DNA from: an uncultured bacterium
Lineage (GTDB): Bacteria; Krumholzibacteriota; Krumholzibacteriia; JACNKJ01
Direction: 5' to 3'
Assembly: GCA_963695095.1 (NCBI GenBank)
Contig: CAVOFT010000001.1
Coordinates: 1,984,001-2,048,000, forward strand
Length of the DNA stretch: 64,000 nucleotides
The notes under the pieces are model-generated. The model was not told the DNA's origin and made no database searches. It was given only the letters and a program-made list of their open reading frames with translations. Both the position numbers and the translations under genes were made by a program. Below are positions 39,176 to 48,002 of the stretch, piece after piece (positions within the stretch are counted from its first letter, which is position 1; each line of letters starts with the position of its first letter).

Positions 39176-40321
39176 TCAATCGACCTTGCTCTCCATGAGC
39201 TGGGTGAAGAGCTCGCTATAGCGTTCGAGCACCACCCCCAGCGGGTAGTCCTGCTCGGCCGTCGCCCGCCCGGCGAGGCCGATGCGCCTGCGCAGCGCGG
39301 GGTCGCGGAGCAGGGCGTCGCAGCGCGCAGCCCAGGCCGGCAGATCGGTGGGATCCAGCAAGTAGCCGTTCTCCCCGTCGCGGATGAATTCCGGGGGCCC
39401 GCCGTGGCGGGTCACGAGGACCGGGACGCCGCAGCTCATCGCCTCCAGGGCCGCGAGTCCGAAGGACTCATGCTCGCTGGGCTGCAGGTAGAGATCCGCG
39501 ATGGGCAGCAATTCCTCGATGCGGTCCCAGGCGCCGAGGATGCGCACGCGGCCGCCCAGGCCCGTCTCGCGCACGCGGTACTCGAGGGCGGCCAGCTCGG
39601 GGCCGTCGCCGGCCAGAAGCAGCACCGTCCGCTCGCGCTCGCCCAGGGCGGCCAGGATGTCCACCAGGCAGGGGGCGCGCTTCACCGGCCGATAGTTGGA
39701 GGCGTGCAACAGGATGAACTCGTCCGGCGCCGCGAAGCGCGCGCGCAGGGCGGGGTCCGCCCGGGGCCGGAAGCGCTCGGTGTCCACGAAGTTGGGAATC
39801 GTGCGAATCTTCTTGTCGGTGCGAAAGATGCGCCGCGTCTCCTCCGCGAGGAAGCCGCTCACGGCCGTGACGCGGTCCGACTGCTCGATGCACCAGCGCG
39901 TGATCCGGTGATAGCTCGGGTGGTTGCCGACCAGCGTGATGTCCGTCCCGTGCAGGGTCGTGACGACCGGAATGCGCCGCGAGCCCATCTGGCTGGCGAG
40001 GATGGCCGCCGCCGCGTGGGGAATGGCGTAGTGCACGTGCAGGAGATCGAGCCCGTGGAAGCTCGCCACCTGGTGCATCTTGACGGCGAGGGCCAGCGTG
40101 TAGGGCGGGTGCTCGAAGAGCGGGTAGTCCATCACCTCCACCGTGTGCACGGCCACCCGCGCCTGGGCCTGCTGCACGCGGAAGGGCACCGAGGACGTGA
40201 TGAAGTGCACGTCGTGCCCGCGCTCGGCCAGGGCGAGGCCGAGCTCGGTCGCCACGATGCCGCTGCCCCCGACGGAGGCGTAGCAGGAGATGCCGATCTT
40301 CAGCGGCCGGGACTTGCTCAT
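39176..40321 (-). CDS. bshA: N-acetyl-alpha-D-glucosaminyl L-malate synthase
   Basis: CYASVGGSGIVATELG, YPLFEHPPY, HVHYAIPHA, TTLHGTDIT, SNYRPVKR, ESFGLAALEA. Confidence 0.95.
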   Translation of the reverse strand: MSKSRPLKIGISCYASVGGSGIVATELGLALAERGHDVHFITSSVPFRVQQAQARVAVHTVEVMDYPLFEHPPYTLALAVKMHQVASFHGLDLLHVHYAIPHAAAAILASQMGSRRIPVVTTLHGTDITLVGNHPSYHRITRWCIEQSDRVTAVSGFLAEETRRIFRTDKKIRTIPNFVDTERFRPRADPALRARFAAPDEFILLHASNYRPVKRAPCLVDILAALGERERTVLLLAGDGPELAALEYRVRETGLGGRVRILGAWDRIEELLPIADLYLQPSEHESFGLAALEAMSCGVPVLVTRHGGPPEFIRDGENGYLLDPTDLPAWAARCDALLRDPALRRRIGLAGRATAEQDYPLGVVLERYSELFTQLMESKVD

Positions 40322-41052
40322 GCGTCCGCCTCCCCGACACCCGCGAAGGGTTCGGCTGCCAGCAGCCAGCCGGGATCGCGCAGCAGCGGCACCTGCCGGC
40401 TGAAGAAGGGCTCCCCGTGGCCGCAGCCGGCCTGCGCGCCGTAGAAGCGGTCCCTGGCGAGGATCTGCTCGAGAAAGGCCGGGTGATTGATGCTCGTCGC
40501 GGCCAGGCCTTCGCCGCGGCTGAACTGGCTCGCGTAGCAGCTCAAGGCCTCGCGCTTGGCCGCGACGGTGGCGTCGATCGCCACCACCAGGCTCGGCGTG
40601 AAGGGGAAGCGCTCCATCATCTCGAGAATGCGCGTGGGCCGCCGCGCCGGCCCATCGCCGCCATAGCGCGCAAGTCCGGCCAGAAAGGCCGCGTCCCAGA
40701 CGAGGCGGTGACCGGCATTGTGATCCGGGTGCCGATTCTGCCCGCAGTGGGTGATCAGCAGGTCCGGCCCGAGGCGGCGCAGCCAGTCCACGACGGCTTG
40801 GCGCTGGCCGCGGTCGCCGGCATCCAGGCCCCCGTCCGGCAGACCGGCGTTTTCGCGCCTCGCCACGCCGAGGGCCCTGGCCGCCGCCGCCGCCTCCGCG
40901 GCGCGGCGCTGGGGATCCCCGTTGGAGCCCAGTTCGCCCGCCGTCAGATCGAGAATGCTCACCTCGTGCCCCAGGCGCACGGCCAGGGCCAGCGTGCCGC
41001 CGCAGCAGATCTCCACGTCATCGGCGTGCGCGCCGACTGCGAGCAGGTGCAT
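40318..41052 (-). CDS. bshB1: GlcNAc-malate deacetylase (PIG-L family)
   Basis: AHADDVE, DLTAGELG, RHPDH, YASQF, GEPF; overlaps the bshA start. Confidence 0.9.
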   Translation of the reverse strand: MHLLAVGAHADDVEICCGGTLALAVRLGHEVSILDLTAGELGSNGDPQRRAAEAAAAARALGVARRENAGLPDGGLDAGDRGQRQAVVDWLRRLGPDLLITHCGQNRHPDHNAGHRLVWDAAFLAGLARYGGDGPARRPTRILEMMERFPFTPSLVVAIDATVAAKREALSCYASQFSRGEGLAATSINHPAFLEQILARDRFYGAQAGCGHGEPFFSRQVPLLRDPGWLLAAEPFAGVGEADA

Positions 41053-41053
41053 C

Positions 41054-42220
41054 CTAGACTCCTTCGCTGAGGGGCTCGAGGGTCCACTCAATGTGCTGCC
41101 CGGCGGCCCAGGCCGCCAGGTGCCGTTCGGCCAGGCGCAGCAGCTCGGTGGGATCCGCCAGCGGATGTCCCGGCCAGCCCAGAGGGCTGCTGCCGCGACC
41201 CTCTCCGTCGAGGCCGGCCGCGAGGTCCCGGCCGCTGCGCAGCCGCAGGCGGGGCAGCGCAGGCGCAAAGGGCAAGTCCAGAACCCCGAAGCCCGCCTGG
41301 ATTTGCCGATGGTATTCCCACTCGGCCGGTCCGAGCACCCTGGCGGCCACGGGGAGGACCGCGTCCTGGACCAGCGGCCGCAGGGCGGCGTTCGGCGATA
41401 GCTCCGCGGGCGCTTTAGCAAGCCGCCGCGCGAGGACGGCGCCGTAGTCCTTGAGGGGCGGCAGCAGGCGCCGGCGGCTGCGCAGAAAGAAGAGCGCCCG
41501 CTCGCCGATGCCCTCGCGCAGGGGCCTCTCGCCGCCAGCCGCGCCGAGCGCCTCCCCTGCGGCATCGAGGGCGGCGGCGAAAGCGGCGCGGCGCCCGGCA
41601 TAGCGCTCGTAGAGCGGGGCGGCCGCCTTGCGCAGCGCCTCTGCCCGGGAATCGAGGACGAAGAGTCCCCAGGGCGCGAACAGCTCGCTCAGGAGCCGGG
41701 CGGCATGCGCGCCCAGGTCCTCCCCCTCGCGCGGGGCGAACGGCGCAAAGCGGCCAGCCAGGCCGCTCAGCCCCGCCAGTTCGGCGAAGGGCCCCGCGAT
41801 CTCGAGATCGCCGACGAAGCCGCCGGGCCGTTCCTGGGCCGAGGGCAGGCCGACGGCCAGGGGCGGCCGGCCCGCGCGGGCGAGGAGCTGTCCACGGGCC
41901 TCGGCGAAGTCGCTGTCGTCGGCGGCGCTCCAGAAGCAGGCGTAGACCGGTCCCTCCCCTGCCGCGCGCAACTGCGCCGCGAGGGCGATTGCCGTGGCGG
42001 CTTTTTGCAGGCTGAGCCCCAGGGGCAGCGGGAAGCAGGGCTGCTGGCCCGTCACCACGAGGCGAGCGGACCCGGCCGCCAGCTGGGCCCGCGCGGCCGC
42101 ACTGCCTCCCTGCAGGGCGGCCAGCAGGCTCTCCGGCAGCGGTCGGGCCGCGGGCAGGGGGTCGGCCGGCAGCGCTCCGGGAAGCGGCAGCGTGCGCGCG
42201 CAGCGGGCGAACTCGCTCAC
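41054..42220 (-). CDS. bshC: Bacillithiol cysteine-adding enzyme BshC-like (short, 388 aa, divergent)
   Basis: VVTGQQ, K-x-x-TAI, FWSAADDSDFAE, SPNAALRPLVQDAVLP, LGPAEWEY; adjacent to bshB1-bshA. Confidence 0.8.
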   Translation of the reverse strand: MSEFARCARTLPLPGALPADPLPAARPLPESLLAALQGGSAAARAQLAAGSARLVVTGQQPCFPLPLGLSLQKAATAIALAAQLRAAGEGPVYACFWSAADDSDFAEARGQLLARAGRPPLAVGLPSAQERPGGFVGDLEIAGPFAELAGLSGLAGRFAPFAPREGEDLGAHAARLLSELFAPWGLFVLDSRAEALRKAAAPLYERYAGRRAAFAAALDAAGEALGAAGGERPLREGIGERALFFLRSRRRLLPPLKDYGAVLARRLAKAPAELSPNAALRPLVQDAVLPVAARVLGPAEWEYHRQIQAGFGVLDLPFAPALPRLRLRSGRDLAAGLDGEGRGSSPLGWPGHPLADPTELLRLAERHLAAWAAGQHIEWTLEPLSEGV

Positions 42221-42969
42221 AGAGCCCCCTCCTGCCGCTCCAGGAGCAGGATGAGGCGCGGGCTGGTCTCCGCGGCGAAGGGCTGGCCCCGGTAGTCGCC
42301 CCAGCGCTGGCGCTCGTCGAAGCCGAGACCGGTCAAGCCCGCGGACAGCTCGGCCGGCGTGAAGAGCCGCACGCTCTCCTCGTAGCGCAGGGGCGCCCCC
42401 TCGCCTTGCCGGGGCCGCAGCGTCACCCGCTTGACGATGCGCTCGCCCTCGATGGCTCGCTCCTCTTCCGCTACCCAGGCCTCGCTCTGCCGGCGCCCGC
42501 GGCGGACGAGGCGCTGCTCCAGATGCCGCCGATTGAAGAAGTCGAAGAATAGCCAGCCGCCCGGCCGCAGCACGCGCGCCAGCTCGGCCAGCACCTGCCA
42601 GTTCTCGGCGTCCTCGCGGAAGTAACCGAAGGAGGTGAACATGCTCAGCGCGCCGTCGAAGCAGCCCGCCCGGAAGGGCAGCTGCCGCATGTCGCCGCGC
42701 ACGAGTGAGAGACCCGGCCGCAGGCGTCCCCGAGCCGCGGCCAGCAGGGCCGGGGAGAGGTCCAGGCCGACGGCCCGCTGGCCTCGCCGCCCCAGGCCGG
42801 CGAGGTGTCGCCCCCCACCGCAAGCCAGATCCAACAGGCGCTGGCCCGTCGCCAGGCGCCCGCTGCGCTCCAGGAGCGCCAGTGCGAGTTCGGCTTCCCG
42901 CTCGTTGCGGTGCGCGTACAGCTCGAGGTAGTGCTCGCCGAAACCATCCACGTACCAGGGCTTAGGCAA
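42217..42969 (-). CDS. Class I SAM-dependent methyltransferase (candidate bacillithiol N-methyltransferase)
   Basis: TTG start with GGGAGG SD. YLELYAHR, LDLACGGGRH, GDMRQLP, MFTSFGYF, LRPGG. Stop overlaps the bshC GTG. Confidence 0.88.
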   Translation of the reverse strand: MPKPWYVDGFGEHYLELYAHRNEREAELALALLERSGRLATGQRLLDLACGGGRHLAGLGRRGQRAVGLDLSPALLAAARGRLRPGLSLVRGDMRQLPFRAGCFDGALSMFTSFGYFREDAENWQVLAELARVLRPGGWLFFDFFNRRHLEQRLVRRGRRQSEAWVAEEERAIEGERIVKRVTLRPRQGEGAPLRYEESVRLFTPAELSAGLTGLGFDERQRWGDYRGQPFAAETSPRLILLLERQEGAL

Positions 42970-43795
42970 GCTCGCCTCCCGGCCAGAGCAGGGCCGACAG
43001 ATAGCCCACCACCTGCTGCCGGTCACCGCTCGCCGCCGAGGAATCTCGCCGATCGAGCAGCTCGACGCGGCCGCCCCGCCGCGCTCGCTCCGCCAGCAGC
43101 AGCCGCAGTGGCTCCGCCCCGCAGGCCTCGCTGCGCCCGCTGGCGAGGGCCGCGCCGAGGGCCTCGCCGTCGCCGGCTGCGATGAGGCGGGCGGTCTCGG
43201 CGTCGAGCCCTGCGGCCTCGGCGCCGCTGTGGTAATGAGAGAGATCGCTGGTCACCAGCCAGAAATCCTCCGGCGCCGTCAGCGCCGCCAGGCGCTCGCC
43301 CGCGGCGCCGCGCTCGGCGGCACTGCAGTGGCCAACCAGGATGGGCAGCAGGCGCAGCCCCGGCAGGCAACGCTGCAGGAAGGGCAGCTGCACTTCCAGC
43401 GCATGCTCGCGGGCCAGGGCGGCCTCGGCCAGGGCGAAGGGCGCTCCGCCCGCGAGCAGGGCATCCACGGCGGCGAGATCCACGGGCAGGCTCCCCAGCG
43501 GCGTCTCCCAGCTCGCTTCGCGCGAGAGCCCGAGTCCGGACAGAGCCAGGTGGTGATTGGGTCCCAGCAGCAGGACGCGCCCCAGCGGCAGACCGGCGAG
43601 GCGGGCATAGACGGCGGCGGCGCAGGCCCCGGAGTAAACGTAGCCCGCGTGCGGCACCAGCGCGCCCCAGGGTGCGGCGCCCCCCGCCGGCCCCGGCCAG
43701 GCGGCCAGGAGCGCATCCACTGCGGCGCCCAGCCGGCCCGGATCGCCGGGATAGAATTGCCCCGCCCAGGCCGCGGCTCTAGCCAAAGTGCTCAC
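42962..43795 (-). CDS. Memo-family protein (AmmeMemoRadiSam system protein B)
   Basis: AGQFYP, PHAGYVYSG, GPNH, EHALEVQLPFLQ, SDLSHY, EACG, VVGY. Confidence 0.92.
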   Translation of the reverse strand: MSTLARAAAWAGQFYPGDPGRLGAAVDALLAAWPGPAGGAAPWGALVPHAGYVYSGACAAAVYARLAGLPLGRVLLLGPNHHLALSGLGLSREASWETPLGSLPVDLAAVDALLAGGAPFALAEAALAREHALEVQLPFLQRCLPGLRLLPILVGHCSAAERGAAGERLAALTAPEDFWLVTSDLSHYHSGAEAAGLDAETARLIAAGDGEALGAALASGRSEACGAEPLRLLLAERARRGGRVELLDRRDSSAASGDRQQVVGYLSALLWPGGELA

Positions 43796-45368
43796 CTCGC
43801 GTGAGAAGGGTCGGGCGCAACCACTCGGGGCGCGGCTGGGGATGATCCAGCGTGTAGTGCAGGCCGCGGCTCTCCTTGCGCGACCGTGCGGAGCGGATGA
43901 TCAGCTGGGCGACGAGGGCGATGTTGCGCAGCTCGATCAGCTCCGCCGAGATCCGGTAGCGCCAGTAGAAGCTCTCGACGGTGTCCCGCACGTGGCGGAT
44001 GCGCTCCTCTGCCAGGGTCAGCCGTTCGTCGCTGCGCACGATCCCGACGTAGTCCATCATGATGCGGCGCACGAGATCCCAGTCGTGCTCGAGCACCACC
44101 GATTCGCGGTAGTCGCGGCCCTCGGGCGCGCTCCAGGCTTTCAATTCGGGCTGCGGCTCCGCGATCGGCGCCGCGGCCGCGAGCGCTTCCCAGGCCCAGT
44201 GCGCCCAGGTCAGCGCCTCGAGCAGGGAATTGCTGGCCAGGCGATTGGCCCCGTGCACCCCGGTGCAGCTCACCTCCCCGGCGGCGAGCAGGCCATCCAG
44301 GGAGGTGGCGCCGGCAAGGTCCACCCGGACGCCGCCGCAGGCGTAGTGCGCCGCGGGCACCACCGGCACGAGCTGACTGCGCGGGTCGATGCCCACGCTG
44401 TGCAGGGCTTCGCAGATGGCGGGGAAACGCGTGGGGATGCGCTCGCGACCGATGGGCGCGAAGTCCAGCCACATGTGCTTCTCGCCGCGGATCTTCATCT
44501 CGTGGTCGATGGCCCGGGCGACGATGTCCCGCGGCGCGAGATCCCGCCGCGGATCGTAGCGCTCCATGAAGGCCTCGCCGGCGCCGTTGCGCAGGAGGGC
44601 GCCCTCGCCGCGCACGGCCTCGCTGATGAGCTGCGTCCGGAGCCGCGCATGGTACAGGCAGGTGGGGTGGAACTGGATGAACTCGAGGTTCGCCACCTCC
44701 GCTCCCGCCCGGTAGGCCATGGCCAGGCCGTCGCCGGTGGCGATGTCGGGATTGCTCGTGTAGGCGTAGACCTTGCCCAGCCCGCCGGTGGCCAGCAGGG
44801 TCCAGCGGGCGGAAATCGCCAGCACCTCGCCGCTGGCCGCGTCCAGAACGTAGGCGCCGTAGACCCGGCGCTCCCGGCCCGAACCGCGCAGGTGCTGCGC
44901 CAGAGCCAGGTTGACTGCTAGATGATTCTCCATCAAGGTGATATTCGGTTCAGCTACAGCCCTTTCGAGGAGCACGCGCTCCAGCTCCCGGCCCGTGTAG
45001 TCGGCCACGTGGACGATGCGGCGCTGGCTGTGGCCGCCCTCGCGGCCCAGAGCGAGCCCCTGCCCCTCCCGGCTGAAGGCGACCCCCCAGTCCAGGAGCT
45101 CGCGCACCCGCTCGGGCCCGGCGGCCACCATGCGCTCCACGCGCTCCCGATCGCAGAGGCCGGCCCCAGCCTCCAGGGTATCGGCGACATGGGTCTGGAA
45201 ATCGTCCGTGGGCGAGAAGACCGAGGCAATGCCGCCCTGGGCCCAGCGAGTGTTGCTCTCGGCTGCCGCCTTCTTCGTGACCAGGACGACCCGACCCAGG
45301 CGCGCCGCCTTGATGGCGAAGCTGAGCCCGGCGATCCCGCTGCCGATGACCAGGAAGTCCGTGCGCAT
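43779..45368 (-). CDS. nadB: L-aspartate oxidase
   Basis: GSGIAG, AQGGIA, EGGHS, QFHPT, SEAVRGEG, PAAHY, GVHGANRLASNSLLE, ESRGLHY. Confidence 0.97.
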   Translation of the reverse strand: MRTDFLVIGSGIAGLSFAIKAARLGRVVLVTKKAAAESNTRWAQGGIASVFSPTDDFQTHVADTLEAGAGLCDRERVERMVAAGPERVRELLDWGVAFSREGQGLALGREGGHSQRRIVHVADYTGRELERVLLERAVAEPNITLMENHLAVNLALAQHLRGSGRERRVYGAYVLDAASGEVLAISARWTLLATGGLGKVYAYTSNPDIATGDGLAMAYRAGAEVANLEFIQFHPTCLYHARLRTQLISEAVRGEGALLRNGAGEAFMERYDPRRDLAPRDIVARAIDHEMKIRGEKHMWLDFAPIGRERIPTRFPAICEALHSVGIDPRSQLVPVVPAAHYACGGVRVDLAGATSLDGLLAAGEVSCTGVHGANRLASNSLLEALTWAHWAWEALAAAAPIAEPQPELKAWSAPEGRDYRESVVLEHDWDLVRRIMMDYVGIVRSDERLTLAEERIRHVRDTVESFYWRYRISAELIELRNIALVAQLIIRSARSRKESRGLHYTLDHPQPRPEWLRPTLLTRGEHFG

Positions 45369-45592
45369 GCTCCCCTTGGCGCCGGGCCCCGGCCGGGGGC
45401 TCCCGCGGCGCGCTGGGCCAGTCTACGCCAGGGCCGGCCGGCGTGCAAACTGAGCCTCGCCGGGCAGCCTGCTCCCGGGCCGCCGCGCCCAGCGCGGCCG
45501 GCCCGCCTCGGCGTCGGGGTGTAGCGAAGGCGAGGCCTTGCCCGTCCTGCCCCAGGCTTCCCCAGGATTCCCCCCCGCGACTTCCTTGGCAA

Positions 45593-45608
45593 TGGCACAG
45601 CCATTGCA
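45593..45608 (+). promoter_or_regulatory. Sigma-54 (-24/-12) promoter of the orphan lipoprotein
   Basis: TGGCACAGCCATTGCA, exact TGGCAC-N5-TTGCA consensus; AGGAGG SD and ATG follow within 40 nt. Confidence 0.85.
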
Positions 45609-45646
45609 GTCCCGGGAAGGAAATCCCTGCGCCACAGGAGGTCAGC

Positions 45647-46255
45647 ATGCGCAGCAGCGCCGCCTTCATTCTGATCGCCGCCGCCGGGCTGGGGCTCGCC
45701 CTCAGCGGGGGCTGCGGCAGCAATACCATCGACGGGCACACTCGCCCCACCGTGCTGGCCATCAACGGCGGCGCTCCCCTGCATGCGGACGTCTTCGTCG
45801 TGGACACCACGGTGGCCGGTGGCGGCTACATCCCCGAGGAGTCGGTGGAGGTCGTCTTCAGCAATCCGCCCAGCCACCAGTTCATGGACCTCGATGCGAG
45901 CGATCCCTACGGGACCTTCATCATCGACTCCTATACGGTGCGCTTCGAGGTGCTGCACCTCCTCGATGGCGGCAATGGCAGCTTCTCCACGCCGAACCTG
46001 CCGCCGATCTCGACGCCCATCCACCTGTCCCTGCCGGTGAACAGCACGGTGACGACGGCTCTGGTCCTGGCGCCGGCCTCGCTCAAGTTCGAGCCGCCGA
46101 TCCTGGATCTCATGCCCGGCGGCACGGCGCCCAATGGCGAGGTCATCGTCCAGGCCGAGATCACCTTCACGGGGCACGAGCAGGGCTCGGACCGCGTGCA
46201 GAGCATCGACGGCGGCACGACGATCCTCTTCGCCAACTACGCCGACGAGGACTAG
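45647..46255 (+). CDS. Uncharacterised lipoprotein, predicted beta-rich
   Basis: AGGAGG SD, signal peptide with SGGC lipobox, strong GC3 codon bias, alternating beta-strand pattern. Confidence 0.8.
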   Translation: MRSSAAFILIAAAGLGLALSGGCGSNTIDGHTRPTVLAINGGAPLHADVFVVDTTVAGGGYIPEESVEVVFSNPPSHQFMDLDASDPYGTFIIDSYTVRFEVLHLLDGGNGSFSTPNLPPISTPIHLSLPVNSTVTTALVLAPASLKFEPPILDLMPGGTAPNGEVIVQAEITFTGHEQGSDRVQSIDGGTTILFANYADED

Positions 46256-47286
46256 GCTTCGCCCAGGCGCGCCCTGAGGAAGGCCAGGGCGGCCTCGGGT
46301 TCGCAGAAACGCAGCGCCGCCCGCAGCACCTGGGGTGGCGGCCCCGGTAGATCCCAGAAGGACGCCCAGCGCTGGGCGTCCTTTTCCGTCAGCAGGAAAC
46401 GCGCGGCCGGGTAGGCGACGGCCGCCCGGGCCAGCGCGGAGCGCAGGCGGGGCGTCCAGTCGGCGTGATCGGCGAAGCGCAGCCGCGCCGCCAGCTTCAG
46501 TCCCGCGCTCTCCGCCAGGGCTTCGAAGCGCTCGGGACCGGCGATGCCGGCCGCCGTGAGATAGCCGCCGGGCCAGGGTTCCCCGGGCTCCCCGCTCCAT
46601 TCCAAGAGCCGCGGCGCCGCGGGCGCGAGGCGCAGCACCGGCGCCGGCCAGGCCACCGGCGGGGCCTGCCCCGGCGGCAGGGCGTAGGCGCCCGCGCGGG
46701 CCAGCGCGCCGGGGAATTCGCGCAGCCCGCCCGCGGGCAGCAGCGCGAAGGGGCTGAGGCGACAGTGCGGCGACAGCAGCAGCAGGTCCAGGCGCCGCGC
46801 CAGGCGGCGGTGCTGGAAGCCGTCGTCGACGAGGATGAGGTCGCAGGCGCCGGTCTCGTCCAGCCAGCGCGCGCCCTCCCACTTGCGGCGGGCGGCGACG
46901 ATGGGCAGCCCCGGCAGCCGCGCGGCAAGCAGGCGGGCTTCGTCGGGAGCCTGCTGACCGAAAGCCGGCTCCCCCCTCGTGAGCAGCCGCTGGCCGCGCG
47001 CGGCGCGACCCCAGAGGCCGGTGACGATGCCCGGGCGCCAGCCTGCAGCCGCGAGCAGTTCGGCCAGGGCGATCACCGTGGGCGTCTTGCCCGTGCCGCC
47101 GCTCTCGAGATTGCCCACGGACAGCACCGGCGCGCGGCACTGCCAGGCCCGCGCCGCCCGCCAGCTGCCGATCAGGGCCGCGGCTCCGCCGTAGAGGAGC
47201 GCCAGCGGCGCCAGGGCGCTGCGCGGGGAAGGGCCGGTCGGGCTGCGATGCCAGGGCCGGCGGTGGTCGAAGAGCTCGCCGCTCAT
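46252..47286 (-). CDS. lpxK: Tetraacyldisaccharide 4'-kinase
   Basis: [44 protein letters not shown]. Confidence 0.93.
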   Translation of the reverse strand: MSGELFDHRRPWHRSPTGPSPRSALAPLALLYGGAAALIGSWRAARAWQCRAPVLSVGNLESGGTGKTPTVIALAELLAAAGWRPGIVTGLWGRAARGQRLLTRGEPAFGQQAPDEARLLAARLPGLPIVAARRKWEGARWLDETGACDLILVDDGFQHRRLARRLDLLLLSPHCRLSPFALLPAGGLREFPGALARAGAYALPPGQAPPVAWPAPVLRLAPAAPRLLEWSGEPGEPWPGGYLTAAGIAGPERFEALAESAGLKLAARLRFADHADWTPRLRSALARAAVAYPAARFLLTEKDAQRWASFWDLPGPPPQVLRAALRFCEPEAALAFLRARLGEA

Positions 47287-48002
47287 GCCTCGGCCGCCGG
47301 GGCGATGGGCTCGCGGCCGCAGTCGCGGTCCAGGGCGTCCGTGAAGCTGGCCAGCTCCGCCTGGATGCCGCGCCGCAGCCGCTCCCGACCCTGCTCATCC
47401 AGGCCCCGCGCGACGAGACGCGGTGGCCCATAGCGCAGGCGCAGCCGCGCGCCGGGCCAGGGCAGCAGGGTGCGGTCCCAGCTGCGAAAGGCGAAGCAGG
47501 ACCGGCTCGCTACCGCCACGGGCACCAGCGGGCAACCGGACAGGGCCGCCAGCTCCAGAGCGCCGGCATGGACGTGCCCGCGCGGTCCCCGCGGGCCGTC
47601 CACGGTGAGCGCCGTGTCCAGGCCCGCTCGCGCCGCCTGCAGCAGGCGGCGCAGGCCGGCCGCGCCACCGCGGCTGCTCGAGCCGGCCGGCATCCCGAAG
47701 CCCAGGCGCCGGTTCACGGCGGCGATGAGCTGGCCATCCCGGCTGCCGCTGCGCAGCACCTGGGCGTTGCGGCCTCTGTGCGTGTAGGAGAGCATCACCA
47801 TGCGGTTGTGCCAGAAGATGTAGATGATGGCTCCGTTCGGGCTCGCGGCGCGGGCCGCCGCAAGCGCCGCGCGGTCCTCGTCCACCCGCCAGGTGGCGCC
47901 CCAGGCCCGCAGCAAGCCGGCCAGCAGCCAGGCCTGGCACTCCAGGCGCCGCCGCTGGCCGGCGGGCAGCCGATCCTCGCCGGCATCCCAGTGCGCCTTC
48001 AC
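47283..48002 (-). CDS. DUF374 / lysophospholipid acyltransferase-like protein
   Basis: FWHNR, SGSRDG, GSSSRGG, TVDGPRGP, SWDR. Confidence 0.88.
   Translation of the reverse strand: MKAHWDAGEDRLPAGQRRRLECQAWLLAGLLRAWGATWRVDEDRAALAAARAASPNGAIIYIFWHNRMVMLSYTHRGRNAQVLRSGSRDGQLIAAVNRRLGFGMPAGSSSRGGAAGLRRLLQAARAGLDTALTVDGPRGPRGHVHAGALELAALSGCPLVPVAVASRSCFAFRSWDRTLLPWPGARLRLRYGPPRLVARGLDEQGRERLRRGIQAELASFTDALDRDCGREPIAPAAEA

Noticed and set aside
39145..39179. Sigma-70 promoter before the Minf_1886 gene
   Set aside because: The perfect TTGACA overlaps the bshA stop, and there is no good -10 at 16-18 nt spacing.
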